A stretch of 53,991 nucleotides of DNA from positions 1 through 53,991 of IMG/VR virus record IMGVR_UViG_3300047157_000023; one strand, given 5' to 3'. The notes beneath the pieces were generated by a model. That model worked only from the letters and a program-made list of their open reading frames with translations. It was not told where the DNA came from and did not search any database. How positions within the stretch are numbered: the first letter of the stretch is position 1; the number at the start of each line of letters is the position of its first letter. This DNA comes from a virus. Lineage: Duplodnaviria; Caudoviricetes. The position numbers and the translations under genes are program-made. Positions 17,821 through 29,109 of this stretch are shown here, in pieces.

Positions 17821-18312
17821 ATGGCTTTAGGTGATAATACACTTCAGTCTGCTCGGGGAGCCAATGCTAACCCAGGTAGAAAACCCTACATGGTTCAAAC
17901 TGTTTTGAATCTAGCAACTGCTTTGTCTGACAAAGGTTCTGCTCTTGCAGCATCTGATGTCGTTCCAGTAATTGCTGTCAAAAAAGGAACTATGATTCTT
18001 AATGCAGGTATGGAAGTTGATACAGCTTCTGACGGTTCTACATTAACTCTAGATCTAGGAACAGGGGCTGATGCCGATTGTTTTGTAGATGGATTTGATG
18101 GAACATCTGCAGCAGGAGTTGTTACTCAAAACCCTGCGGCATTCCAACCATTAATGGCTGTAGCTGATGATAACATCGACATGACAATTGCAACATTGTC
18201 TGGTGGTGCTGTTACTACAGGCAAGATCCGAATTTGGGCATGGATGATGGATTGCACAGATATAGGTAATGACGGTACTGCTAATGAAGTAGATCGTGAT
18301 GCACTTGCATAA
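17821..18312 (+). CDS. Putative capsid decoration/minor head protein
   Basis: 163 aa beta-rich protein between the capsid gene and a terminator. Confidence 0.65.
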   Translation: MALGDNTLQSARGANANPGRKPYMVQTVLNLATALSDKGSALAASDVVPVIAVKKGTMILNAGMEVDTASDGSTLTLDLGTGADADCFVDGFDGTSAAGVVTQNPAAFQPLMAVADDNIDMTIATLSGGAVTTGKIRIWAWMMDCTDIGNDGTANEVDRDALA

Positions 18313-18319
18313 CTAACTT

Positions 18320-18344
18320 AAGGGGCAGGGCAACTTGCCCCTTT
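18320..18344 (+). terminator. Intrinsic terminator after capsid operon
   Basis: AAGGGGCAGG-GCAA-CTTGCCCCTT hairpin with a short T tail. Confidence 0.65.
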
Positions 18345-18367
18345 AAGCTTATCTAAGGGATTTTTTC

Positions 18368-19099
18368 ATGGCAACTTATGTAACACTAGTTAATCAGCTT
18401 CTTGTTCGTCTAAACGAAGTAACGTTAGACACTGCAGGAGATGGCTTTGGTTCAGTACGTAATGTTCAAGCACTTGCTAAAGATGCTATTAATAACTCCA
18501 TTAGAAATATAGTCCAAACAGGACAAGAGTTTCCTTTCCTAAAAACAACAAATACACAGACACTAACAGCAGGTACTAGGCAGTATGCCTTTCCTGCTAA
18601 TTTTGCTTCTGTAGATTGGGATACTTTTTATATAAAGAAATTAGGATCTGTAGGTAATACACCTAGTTTTCTTCCTACTATATCATTTGAGGAATATACT
18701 CAAAGATTTCGTGGATTAGACGATGAGGGAGATGCAGGTTCTGGAATTTCAGCACCGCAACGTGTATATCAAACACTAGAAGCAAAGTTTGGTGTAACAC
18801 CTGTTCCAGATAACAGTTATGAAGTAGAGTATGTATACTTTTCATTTCCTGACGATTTAACAGCTTTTAATGATGTTTCTGTAATACCTGATAGATTTAA
18901 CCATGTACTTATTGATGGTGCTATGATGTACCTGATGAGATTTAGGTCTAATGATCAGAGTGCTGCTATGCATCAACAAAACTTTGAAAATGGTATAAGA
19001 TCTATGAGACGAATACTTATGGATGATCCACTAGATGTTAGATCAACAGTAATACAGAGAAACAAATCATTTAGTAACACTATTAGCAGTATTGTATAA
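18368..19099 (+). CDS. Head-tail adaptor / tail tubular protein A-like
   Basis: MATYVTLVNQLLVRLNE N-terminus, size and position. Confidence 0.7.
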   Translation: MATYVTLVNQLLVRLNEVTLDTAGDGFGSVRNVQALAKDAINNSIRNIVQTGQEFPFLKTTNTQTLTAGTRQYAFPANFASVDWDTFYIKKLGSVGNTPSFLPTISFEEYTQRFRGLDDEGDAGSGISAPQRVYQTLEAKFGVTPVPDNSYEVEYVYFSFPDDLTAFNDVSVIPDRFNHVLIDGAMMYLMRFRSNDQSAAMHQQNFENGIRSMRRILMDDPLDVRSTVIQRNKSFSNTISSIV

Positions 19100-20643
19100 T
19101 GCCAGATAATTTAGCTTCTTTTAAAGTCTACTGCGAAGGTGGACTAAATACGAATAGGGATGTGCTGTCTCAAGGTGAGAGACAACCTGGCTCTGCCACA
19201 CTTCTTGTAAACTATGAACCTGCTGTTACTGGTGGTTACAGACGTATAAGCGGTTTTACTAATTCTTTTGGTACAGTGACAGGTACAGGAAATGTTTTAG
19301 GTGTTTGTGTAGCAGATGGTATTAATGACGGTATACTAGCTTGCAGAAAACCATCGTCAGGTAATAACTATCTACACAAATGGAATAACTCTAGCTCTTC
19401 TTGGACTGCAATAACTACTTCAGGTTCACCTACAATGGTAGGGGTAACAAAAGTTAGATTTACACGATATAATTTTAGTGGTTCAAAAGTAGTATTAACA
19501 GATGGTATAAATCCTGCAGCTACGTATGATGGAACTACATACACACAGATTACACATAATGATGCTCCTACTGACCCTAAGTTTTCTGCAATATTTCAAA
19601 ATCATTTATTCTTAGCAGGTGATCCTGCACACCCAACTAAGCTCTTTTTTAGTGCTCCATTAGCAGAAACAAATTTTGCTGCTAATGATGGTGCAGGGGT
19701 TATAAATGTAGGTTTTCCAATAGTTGCTATTAAATCGTTTAGAAATGAATTATTTATATTTGGAACAACTCACATTAAAAAACTAGCAGGTACTGCACTA
19801 GCTAACTTTGTATTACAAACTGTTACAGATGATCTTGGTTGTTTAGCTTCAGATAGTGTAGTAGAAATAGCAGGTGATTTACTCTTTTTGTCTCAAGATG
19901 GCTTAAGGCCAATCTCAGGTACAGCTAAAATTGGTGACGTTAATCTTGAATCAATGTCAAAAAATATTCAGTCTATCTTTACAGACATTGTTTTTGATAT
20001 TGACCTTGAAGGATTATCAAGTGTTATTATTCACCAAAAATCACAGGTAAGATTCTTTTTTGCAGCTACAGATTCTCAAGGTATTATTGCAGGGTTTAGG
20101 CAAAACAGTCAGTCTGGTCAATTAGGGTTTGAGTTTGGTCAGTTATTAGGGTTAGAGGCTACCTGTGCAGATAGTGGTTACATAGGTCAAAACGAATTTG
20201 TAATACATGGAGACAGTACAGGTAAAGTTCATAGGCAAGAGCAAGGTACTAGTTTTAATGGAACTGATATATTTAGTATCTTTCAAACTCCTTTTTATTA
20301 TATGCAAGACCCAGAACAACGTAAAATATTTTACAATGTAGCTACATATTTACGTTCTGAGGGTGACAACGAACTAACAATGTCCGTGTTGTATGACTAT
20401 GAAGACTTTAATACTTTAGGTCCAACTAACTTTATTTTAACAACACAGAATGCTGCAGCTTACTATAACGAAGCTTTATATAATAGCACAGCGGTATTTG
20501 ACGGAAACCCTGCTCCTGTAAAACGTACAAATGTTTCAGGTTCAGGTAAGTCAGTAGCTTTTAAATATGTAACAAACGATACGAATGCATCACACAGTAT
20601 CCAAGGTTTAGTGGTAACATTTGGGGTAGGAGACAGGTTATAA
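19099..20643 (+). CDS. Tail nozzle/stabilisation protein (tubular B / P22 gp10-like)
   Basis: 514 aa beta-propeller-like (GGLNT..., LGCLASDSV...LLFLSQDGLR), after the adaptor. Confidence 0.7.
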   Translation: MPDNLASFKVYCEGGLNTNRDVLSQGERQPGSATLLVNYEPAVTGGYRRISGFTNSFGTVTGTGNVLGVCVADGINDGILACRKPSSGNNYLHKWNNSSSSWTAITTSGSPTMVGVTKVRFTRYNFSGSKVVLTDGINPAATYDGTTYTQITHNDAPTDPKFSAIFQNHLFLAGDPAHPTKLFFSAPLAETNFAANDGAGVINVGFPIVAIKSFRNELFIFGTTHIKKLAGTALANFVLQTVTDDLGCLASDSVVEIAGDLLFLSQDGLRPISGTAKIGDVNLESMSKNIQSIFTDIVFDIDLEGLSSVIIHQKSQVRFFFAATDSQGIIAGFRQNSQSGQLGFEFGQLLGLEATCADSGYIGQNEFVIHGDSTGKVHRQEQGTSFNGTDIFSIFQTPFYYMQDPEQRKIFYNVATYLRSEGDNELTMSVLYDYEDFNTLGPTNFILTTQNAAAYYNEALYNSTAVFDGNPAPVKRTNVSGSGKSVAFKYVTNDTNASHSIQGLVVTFGVGDRL

Positions 20644-20644
20644 C

Positions 20645-23600
20645 ATGGCAGGTTATTCAAGACAATCAGCAGCAGATATTATCGCTAATGCGGTTATTAA
20701 AGCTGCACCAGTAAACGCAGAGTACAATGCTCTACGAGATGCGTTTCTTTTATCAGGTGGACACAAACATGATGGTAGTTCTACCGAAGGTGGTTACGTA
20801 CCTCTGATAGCTGACAGTGATGCACTAAACAAAGTTGTTATAGATACTAGTAACAACCGTATAGGCTTCTTTAGTGAAGTGGGTGGAGCAGCAGTAGAGC
20901 AAGTACGTATCCAAGATGGTGCTATTGTTCCTGTAACTGATAATGATGTAGACCTTGGTTCATCAACACTCCAATTTAAAGATTTGTACATTGATGGTGT
21001 AGGCTATTTAGACTCCGTAGATATAGATGGCGGTTCAATAGATGGAGTAACAATAGGTGGATCATCTGCAGGTGCAGGAACATTTTCATCTTTAGTTGCT
21101 ACTACAGCAGATATAAATGCAGGTACAATTGATAACGCAGTCATAGGTGGTAGTACAGCATCATCAGGTAGTTTTACTACAATAGCAGCATCAAGTAATG
21201 CTACTGTAGGTGGTACTCTTGGTGTTACAGGTAATGTTACAATGGGTGGTACATTAGCAGTAACTGGTACAACTGCTCTTACAGGTACAGCTACTATTAC
21301 ATCTGCTGACATTAACTCTGGCGCAATGGATAATACTACCATTGGTAACACAACGGCTGCTGCAGGTACATTTACTGATCTTACTTCTACAGGTACATCT
21401 ACTCACGCTACTGTTGACATTAACGGTGGTGCAATTGATGGTGTCACTATAGGTGCAGCATCTGCAGGTGCAGGTACATTTACAGACTTAACAGCCTCTG
21501 GCACAACAACTGTAACTACTGCAGATATAAATGGCGGTAATATAGATGGTACAATTATTGGTGCTTCTAGTGCTGCAGCAGGTAGCTTTACAACTATATC
21601 GACAACTGGGCAAGCTACATTAGCAACTGCTGATATTAATGGTGGTAGCATTGACGGTGCTGTTATCGGTTCATCTAGCGCAGCAGCTATAACAGGTACA
21701 ACTATTACAGGAACAAGTCTTGTAGGTACAGTTACAGGTAACGTCACAGGAGATCTAACAGGTGATGTCACTGGTGATGTAACAGGTGATCTTACAGGAA
21801 ACGTAACTGCAGGTTCTGGTTCGTCTACGTTTAACAACGTAACTGTCAACGGAACACTGGACGTAACAGGTACAACAATTGCTAACGTTACTGATCCTAG
21901 TTCTGCACAAGATGCTGCTACTAAAAATTATGTTGACACAGAAGTAGCTGCACTTGTTGACTCTGCTCCAGGTACACTAGACACATTAAACGAACTAGCT
22001 GCAGCCCTAAATGATGATCCAAACTTCTCTACAACTATTACAAATAGTATAGCTACCAAGCTACCGCTTGCAGGTGGTACAATGAGTGGTGCTATAGCTA
22101 TGGGTACATCTAAAATTACAGGCTTGGGTGATCCAACAGCAGATCAAGATGCGGCAACTAAAAAGTATACAACGGATACATTTTTACCGTTAGCAGGTGG
22201 TACTGTTACAGGTGCTATAGACATGGGCAGTAACAAAATCACTGCCAGTTATACTCCAAGTGCGAACACTGACCTCGCAACAAAAATATATGTCGATAAT
22301 ATTGCAGGGTCTGGAACTGCAGCCGCTGCTTCCGCAACTGCAGCCGCTTCAAGTGCAACAGCCGCTGCCTCCAGTGCTACTGCTGCAGCTTCATCTGCAA
22401 CAGGAGCAGCTTCAAGTGCAACCTCTGCAGCAGCTAGCTTTGATTCTTTTGATGACAGATACCTTGGCGCAAAGTCATCAGCACCCTCTACGGACAACGA
22501 TGGAGATGCTCTTCAGGTAGGAACTCTCTATTTTAATACTACTACAAACTCTATGCAGGTTTATGGTGGTTCTGGTTTTACTGCAGCAGGTTCATCTGTA
22601 AACGGAACTTCAAGTCGTAACACTTATACAGCTACTGCAGGTCAAACTTCTTTTGCAGCTACATACGATTCTGGTTTTGTAGATGTTTATCTTAATGGTG
22701 TAAAACTACTAGCAGGTACAGACTTTACTGCTACAAACGGTACTTCAGTTGTGTTAGCTTCTGGTGCTGCAGTAAATGATATAGTAGACATTGTAGCATA
22801 CGGTACATTTACGCTATCTACTCATTATACTAAAACAGAAGCTGATGCTCTTTTAGCTACTAAACAACCTTATGCAACAATTGCAGTTACTGTTGTAAAC
22901 TCTGGCGGTAACAAGTATGCTCTTGATGGAACAGTGCAGCAACTAGCTCAACTTAGACCCTCAATAACATATAGGTTTGATCAGTCAGATAGCAGCAACT
23001 CAGGACATCCACTGCGACTAAGTACAACTTCTAATGGTACACATGGTGGTGGTAGTGCATTCACTACAGGTGTAACAGCAGTAGGTACTCCAGGTTCTGC
23101 AGGAGCTTACACAGAAGTTAAACTAGAGCAAGATGCTCCAAATACTTTATATTACTATTGTACAAACCATAGTGGTATGGGTGGAGAGGTTGACGTAAAT
23201 GCTAAACTACCTCTATCAGGTGGTACACTTACAGGTGGGCTAACTGGTACAACTGCTACGTTTACTGGTGATCTAACTGTAGATACAAGCACACTAAAGG
23301 TTGATAGCACCAACAATCGGGTGGGAATTGGCACGAGTTCTCCTAGCCGTCAATTAACTCTTTCACATACTAGTCAGGCTGAGATAGGTTTATTTAGTGG
23401 CTCAGACACTAGCGGTGGACTTATTTATCAAAACGCTAGTGAACAAAAAGTTCTTTTGGCAAACAGAGAAAGCGATGGTCATATTGCTTTTCAAACAGGT
23501 GGCACAACAGAACGTATGCGCATAGATAGCAGTGGTAATGTTGGGATTGGAGACTCAGCTCCAGTAAGTACGCTTGAAATATCTAAATCAGATCAAACCA

Positions 23601-24769
23601 ACGGAACTACATTAACAATTACTAATGCGTTTTCTGGTGGTTCTTGGGCAGTAGATGACGTTATTGGATCTATAGACTTTAGGTCTGATGATGCTTCTTC
23701 TTCAGAGTTAACAAGAGGCCGAATACAAAGTGTTACTGATAATGTAACAGGGACTAATTGGTCTTATGGTACAGCGTTAACGTTTTCTACAGCATTTAAT
23801 AATACGTTGTCGGAGAGGCTCAGGATAGACAGCAGCGGTAATGTTCTTTTAAAAACACTTGGTGCAGCCTTGCAGTGGAACAACGGTTATCAAACAATCA
23901 CAGGCCAATCCACAGCAAACGATTTAACCTACCGCACCTACCAAAGCCACATCTTTAAAAATACTACTTCTGCAAGTTCTACAACCGATGGAACTGAGGT
24001 TATGCGCATAGATAGCAGCGGTAAAGTTGGGATTGGCACGAGTTCGCCTTCACGGAAACTATCCGTATATGACTCAAGCGCTCCATACCTTGCGTTGCAA
24101 AACTCTACCTCTGGAAGCACAAGCGGAGATGGTTTGCAGTTTCAGCTTGCTTCAGCCAACTCTTATTTGTGGAACTACGAAAACGGTTTTATGGCTTTTG
24201 CTACAAACAATGCAGAACGACTCCGCATCGACAGCAGCGGAAATTTTTTCCTAGGCAAGACAAGTGCTGCTCTTGGAACCGCAGGTCTTCAAGCGACATC
24301 TGGTGGGGCGGTAGTTGGAATAACCAGAGATGGGGGAGCTTCTTTCAACTTAAATCGTCTTACATCTGATGGCGAAATTATGGGATTTTTTAAAGATACC
24401 ACACAAGTAGGTGGTATTGCATCTGTTAATGGTAACATTAAAGTGTCAGCCTACGGTGAAGAGTATGCTTCTTTATCAGGAACGTCTGTAACTATAGATT
24501 GTAGAGCAGGTAATAACTTTGCTTTAACTACATCAGGTAACACTACCTTCACATTTAGTAATGTGCCTACATCTGGTACAGCTTTTGGCTTTACACTTAA
24601 ACTTACATCAGGTGGATCGCATACTATAGCGTACCCAAACACTGTAGACTTTGCAGGTGGTACAGCACCAGATGCTCCTGCTTCAGGTGAGACTGACGTG
24701 CTTGTATTTTATACAGTAGACGGTGGCACTAATTGGTACGGTGCTCTAGCAATTGACGCAGCAGGATAA
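20645..24769 (+). CDS. Long tail fiber protein 1
   Basis: 1374 aa Gly/Thr/Ala-rich; DINGGxIDG, VTGD, DAATKNYVD, APGTLDTLNELAAAL and RIDSSG repeats. Confidence 0.9.
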   Translation: MAGYSRQSAADIIANAVIKAAPVNAEYNALRDAFLLSGGHKHDGSSTEGGYVPLIADSDALNKVVIDTSNNRIGFFSEVGGAAVEQVRIQDGAIVPVTDNDVDLGSSTLQFKDLYIDGVGYLDSVDIDGGSIDGVTIGGSSAGAGTFSSLVATTADINAGTIDNAVIGGSTASSGSFTTIAASSNATVGGTLGVTGNVTMGGTLAVTGTTALTGTATITSADINSGAMDNTTIGNTTAAAGTFTDLTSTGTSTHATVDINGGAIDGVTIGAASAGAGTFTDLTASGTTTVTTADINGGNIDGTIIGASSAAAGSFTTISTTGQATLATADINGGSIDGAVIGSSSAAAITGTTITGTSLVGTVTGNVTGDLTGDVTGDVTGDLTGNVTAGSGSSTFNNVTVNGTLDVTGTTIANVTDPSSAQDAATKNYVDTEVAALVDSAPGTLDTLNELAAALNDDPNFSTTITNSIATKLPLAGGTMSGAIAMGTSKITGLGDPTADQDAATKKYTTDTFLPLAGGTVTGAIDMGSNKITASYTPSANTDLATKIYVDNIAGSGTAAAASATAAASSATAAASSATAAASSATGAASSATSAAASFDSFDDRYLGAKSSAPSTDNDGDALQVGTLYFNTTTNSMQVYGGSGFTAAGSSVNGTSSRNTYTATAGQTSFAATYDSGFVDVYLNGVKLLAGTDFTATNGTSVVLASGAAVNDIVDIVAYGTFTLSTHYTKTEADALLATKQPYATIAVTVVNSGGNKYALDGTVQQLAQLRPSITYRFDQSDSSNSGHPLRLSTTSNGTHGGGSAFTTGVTAVGTPGSAGAYTEVKLEQDAPNTLYYYCTNHSGMGGEVDVNAKLPLSGGTLTGGLTGTTATFTGDLTVDTSTLKVDSTNNRVGIGTSSPSRQLTLSHTSQAEIGLFSGSDTSGGLIYQNASEQKVLLANRESDGHIAFQTGGTTERMRIDSSGNVGIGDSAPVSTLEISKSDQTNGTTLTITNAFSGGSWAVDDVIGSIDFRSDDASSSELTRGRIQSVTDNVTGTNWSYGTALTFSTAFNNTLSERLRIDSSGNVLLKTLGAALQWNNGYQTITGQSTANDLTYRTYQSHIFKNTTSASSTTDGTEVMRIDSSGKVGIGTSSPSRKLSVYDSSAPYLALQNSTSGSTSGDGLQFQLASANSYLWNYENGFMAFATNNAERLRIDSSGNFFLGKTSAALGTAGLQATSGGAVVGITRDGGASFNLNRLTSDGEIMGFFKDTTQVGGIASVNGNIKVSAYGEEYASLSGTSVTIDCRAGNNFALTTSGNTTFTFSNVPTSGTAFGFTLKLTSGGSHTIAYPNTVDFAGGTAPDAPASGETDVLVFYTVDGGTNWYGALAIDAAG

Positions 24770-24775
24770 TAACGA

Positions 24776-26729
24776 ATGAGTAACATTGCAAGAATGATGC
24801 AAAGGGCTACTGCAGGTGCAGGAGGTGCAGGGCTTGATGTAGATGAAGTTTTTAGCACGCATTTGTATAAAGGAACCTCAACATCAACAAATATTGTAAA
24901 CGGCATTGACCTTACTGAAGGTGGTTTGGTTTGGACTAAGCCAAGAAACGCTTCTTCTAGACATGTTTGGATTGATACAGCAAGAGGAGTAGAAAAGTAT
25001 ATTGCAAGTAGTGATAACACTGCGGAAGCTACGCAAAGTGGCAATTCCTTAACTGCCTTTAATAATAATGGTTATACCATAGGTAATTGGGGCAGTATGA
25101 ATAGCAGTTCTTACAACTACGTTAGTTGGACATTTCGGAAAGCTCCTAAGTTTTTTGATGTTGTAACATATACTGGGGATGGGACTACTGGAAGACAAAT
25201 TTCTCATAGTTTAGATGCTACAGTAGGCATGATGATTTTGAAAAGAACAGATAGTTCTGGTTATTGGGGTGTTTACCACAGGTCTGGACACTTTTCTGCA
25301 CCAGAAGATTATGTTCTTATTTTAGGCTCAACTTCTGCTCGTATTGATGAGCAAATGTTTATAAATGATACCGCCCCAACTACTACACATTTTACCGTAG
25401 GTGCTGCTGCTGCAAGTGGTGGTGATTTTAATTCAAATGGTGCAACTTTTGTAGCGTACTTATTCGCACACAACAATAATGACGGTGAGTTCGGCCCAGA
25501 CAGTGACCAAGATATTATTAAATGTGGGAAATTTGAAGGGCTAGCTTCTACTCAAAATATTAACATAGGTTTTGAGCCTCAATGGGTTTTATTGAAGCAA
25601 AGTTCGGCAGGGACTAGCAGTAATTGGATAATTATAGATGCTATGCGTGGAATAGTATCAGGTGAAAATGATACTGAGCTAAGAGCCAACACATCTGATG
25701 CAGAGGCCACAAGTAGTAACTATTTAGAATTAACAGCCACAGGATTTACTATACCTTCTAATTCTCCATTTAATACATATGGCCCAGAGTGTATTTACAT
25801 GGCAATACGCAGAGGCAGTCTAAATACACCAGAGGATGCGACTAAGGTTTTTGCTATGGACACTGGGGCTAATTCAACGCCCTCATTTAATGCAGGATTT
25901 ACAATAGATTCAGCATTGGTTGGTAGAGTGGATAGTACAGACAAATGGTTTTTTACCCCAAGACTAACAGGTTCAAATTATTTAGACACGGCTACTAACT
26001 GCTGCTCAAGCCAGTAGTCCTGCTTTTGGTGGGTTTGATTATCAGACCAAGTATTATGGAGGTAACTTACCTAGTTCATATCAGGCATGGATGTGGAAAA
26101 GAGCACCAGGCTATTTCGATGTTTGTTGCTACAGCGGCACAACTACTGCACCAAGTTATCCACCTCAAACCTTAAATCATAATCTTGGTGCAGTAGTTGA
26201 AATGATGTGGATAAAATCTAGAAGCACAGGTGGAAACACTAATTATCCTTGGACAGTTTACCACAAGGATGTAGGGAATACTAAAGCATTATTTTTAAAC
26301 ACAACTGACGCTGCTTCAAGTGCTAGTATTTACTACTGGAATAATACTACTCCAACAAGCACACAGTTTACCGTTGGTGGTACTTTTGGCGTAAACGAAT
26401 CTGGCGTAACCTACATAGCCTACCTTTTCGCTACCGTCCCAAATGTCAGTTGCGTTGGTTCAGTAACACACTCAGGAAGCTCTACAGACGTAGATTGTGG
26501 GTTCAGTTCAGGAGCTAGATTTGTTTTGCTGAAGCGAACTGACGCAACTGGAGATTGGTATATTTTGGATAGTGTGCGAGGCATAGTTTCTGGCAATGAT
26601 CCTTACTTATTGCTAAACACAACAGCTGCCCAAGTTACTAACACTGATTACATTGATCCATTATCATCAGGTTTTCAAATCACAGGTGATTTCAATGACG
26701 GTGACTATATTTTCTACGCAATCGCATAA
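24776..26729 (+). CDS. Tail-tip/receptor-binding partner protein 1 (apparent frameshift at ~26000)
   Basis: ORFs 24776-26017 and 26091-26729 share internal repeats (RKAPKFFDVVTYTG / KRAPGYFDVCCYSG; DAMRGIVSG / DSVRGIVSG) and read as one gene. Confidence 0.7.
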
Positions 26730-26759
26730 CAATCAACTGACAAAAAGGAGTATCAACTA

Positions 26760-27260
26760 ATGTCAGAATATCGTGAAAGAAAAACAGGCGAAGTTAAAAG
26801 CCAAGGTGAGTGGAGAGCAGCCTTTAAGAATATGTCTCTTCCAAAAGTGTGGAACAGTAACGTCTGTGACGCAATGAATATTGATCCAGTGCTAGCATCT
26901 CCTGCTGCTACAACAACAGCATATCAAACAAGTGTGCGTGATGGTGTAGAGCAAGACAGTAAAGGCAACTGGGTTGAGAAGTACGTAGCTAAAGATATGT
27001 TTGCTGATACCACAGATGATGATGGTAAGAAGACTACTAAAGCAGAGCACGAGAAAGCTTATCAGGATGCAATAGATGCTAACATTGCTGAACAGTATCG
27101 TGGTATGCGTAATATTAAACTGGTTGAAACAGACTGGACTGCTATGTCAGATGTCACTATGGCAGACAACATGAAAACCTACAGACAGGCTTTACGTGAT
27201 CTACCAACTCATAAAAACTGGCCTAACCTAGAAGATTCTGACTGGCCTACAAAACCATAA
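26760..27260 (+). CDS. Tail fiber assembly chaperone-like protein 1
   Basis: C-terminal RNxxLxETDW...YRQALRDLP...WPTKP signature. Confidence 0.8.
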   Translation: MSEYRERKTGEVKSQGEWRAAFKNMSLPKVWNSNVCDAMNIDPVLASPAATTTAYQTSVRDGVEQDSKGNWVEKYVAKDMFADTTDDDGKKTTKAEHEKAYQDAIDANIAEQYRGMRNIKLVETDWTAMSDVTMADNMKTYRQALRDLPTHKNWPNLEDSDWPTKP

Positions 27261-27281
27261 CACAAAAAAGGACTTTAACTT

Positions 27282-29021
27282 ATGACTAGAGCAAGAGATT
27301 TAGCTGACTATATTTCAACAGGTGTTTCAGACACTGAGCTTGATGTATTGGACGGTGTTACAGCAGGTACTGTTACAGCATCTAAGGCTCTAGTCGTAGA
27401 TGCAAACAAAGATGTAGCAAGTCTTAGAAATATTACAGCAACAGGAACTGTTACAGGTAATGTAACTGGAAATGTAACAGGTAACGTTACTGGTAACGTG
27501 TCAGGATCATCTGGTTCTACAACAGGTAACGCAGCTACTGCAACAACAGCAGGTACAGTTACAACGGCTGCACAAACTAACATCACATCACTAGGTACAC
27601 TAACGACTCTTACTGTAGATGACATCACAATCAATGGGTCAACCATATCTGATGCAGGTGATCTAGATTTTGATATAGGGGGTGATTTAAATATAGACGT
27701 TGATGGTGGTGATGTACGATTAAAAGATGGTGGTACTCAGTTTGCCAGTTTGTACAAGAGTGGTAATAATTTTGGTATATATAACCCCATTTCAGATGGA
27801 GACTTATTGTTTCAAGGAAAAGATGGTAGTTCATTTTTTACTGCCCTCACCGTTGATATGTCAGCAGCAGGAGCAGCTACGTTTAATGCAGGAGCTACAT
27901 TTGGTGGCACTGTTACTGTATCTGAAGATACAGATGCTTCTGCTATAATAGGTCGTGCACATGTTGGTTATGTGGGTCATAGTGATTGGGCAGGTTTTAG
28001 TCATGTAGATACTGATAGTCAAACTAGCTATGCTTTACTTCAAAACCCATCAGGTTCAACGAGAGTAAACTCTGCTTCTGGACAAAGCACACTTCTTACA
28101 ATTGGTAATAGTACTGTTGCTACAGTAAGCTCTTCAGCAGCTACGTTTAATTCATCAGTGCTGCTTTCTGGAACAGGTGGTCTTACGACAACAGGTGGAA
28201 ATAACCTGACTGTATCTGGCTCTGTGGCAGACCATGCAGGATTAATTTTTGCAACCCATGCTATTTTACCTGCCGAAGCAGGAGCAGAAGCCTCAGCTAA
28301 TGTCATTGATCTTGGTGCTAATGGTAATGAATTTAAGAGTTTATATTTAAACACAAGCATTGTTACTGATTCGGATCTTACTGTAGATGTTGGTGGAAAC
28401 ATCGTTTTAGATGCAGATGGTGGGGGAATTTATTTTAAAGATGCAGGAACAACTGTAGGTTTCTTTCAGAATGACGGTGGGGATTTCAGGATGCTATCCT
28501 CTGCGTCTGATAAAGATATTAAATTTTTAGGAAACGATGGTGGATCAACTATAACTGCTCTTACCCTTGATATGTCAGAAGCAGGTAAGGCTACATTCAA
28601 CAGTGATATAGTTGCTCCACGTTTTGTTGACTCAGATAACTCAGGCTATTATGTTGATCCTTATTCTACATCTGTTTTAGCTTATGCCTACCTACAACAA
28701 TCTTACGGTTTTAATACTGCTTTATCTGGTACAACACCAACAATAAACGCAGGGCAGTTTAATAGTTTTAGTTTAACTACTTCAGGTAACACTACATTTA
28801 CTTTTAGTGTAAATGGTGTAAGCACTGGCTATCTAATAGGTTTTACTCTACAACTTACAGCAGGCGGAACTCACACGATAACATATCCAAACTCTGTAGA
28901 TTTTGCAGGGGGTTCAGCCCCAGATGCCCCCGCATCAGGTGAGACTGACATACTTGTTTTTATTACAAGAGACGGTGGAACAACTTGGTATGGCGCATTA
29001 GCTATTGACGCAGCAGCATAA
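27282..29021 (+). CDS. Tail fiber protein 2
   Basis: MTRARDLAD start, VTGN repeats, DxDGG repeats; C-terminal domain paralogous to fiber 1. Confidence 0.85.
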   Translation: MTRARDLADYISTGVSDTELDVLDGVTAGTVTASKALVVDANKDVASLRNITATGTVTGNVTGNVTGNVTGNVSGSSGSTTGNAATATTAGTVTTAAQTNITSLGTLTTLTVDDITINGSTISDAGDLDFDIGGDLNIDVDGGDVRLKDGGTQFASLYKSGNNFGIYNPISDGDLLFQGKDGSSFFTALTVDMSAAGAATFNAGATFGGTVTVSEDTDASAIIGRAHVGYVGHSDWAGFSHVDTDSQTSYALLQNPSGSTRVNSASGQSTLLTIGNSTVATVSSSAATFNSSVLLSGTGGLTTTGGNNLTVSGSVADHAGLIFATHAILPAEAGAEASANVIDLGANGNEFKSLYLNTSIVTDSDLTVDVGGNIVLDADGGGIYFKDAGTTVGFFQNDGGDFRMLSSASDKDIKFLGNDGGSTITALTLDMSEAGKATFNSDIVAPRFVDSDNSGYYVDPYSTSVLAYAYLQQSYGFNTALSGTTPTINAGQFNSFSLTTSGNTTFTFSVNGVSTGYLIGFTLQLTAGGTHTITYPNSVDFAGGSAPDAPASGETDILVFITRDGGTTWYGALAIDAAA

Positions 29022-29044
29022 GTATGCTAACATAGGAGAAAATT

Positions 29045-29086
29045 ATGGTAACACCAACAACAGCCAAAGGATAACCTTGGGCATAA
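29045..29086 (+). pseudogene. Vestigial gene remnant MVTPTTAKG*PWA*
   Basis: Good SD (AGGAG) and ATG followed directly by a PTTAxGxPW-like C-terminal motif with an internal stop. Confidence 0.35.
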
Positions 29087-29109
29087 TATCTTAACAAAGG
29101 AGAAATCAA

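Noticed and set aside
20794-28402. Many - strand ORFs (e.g. 21004-21351, 21403-21849, 27308-27646, 28040-28402) and short alternate-frame + ORFs
   Set aside because: Shadows of Gly/Thr/Ala-rich fiber genes; no SD or recognisable motifs.
13693-29086. Genome-wide TAA stop-codon reassignment
   Set aside because: TAA is the normal stop for most genes here, and long ORFs are intact under the standard code; only three local cases were seen.
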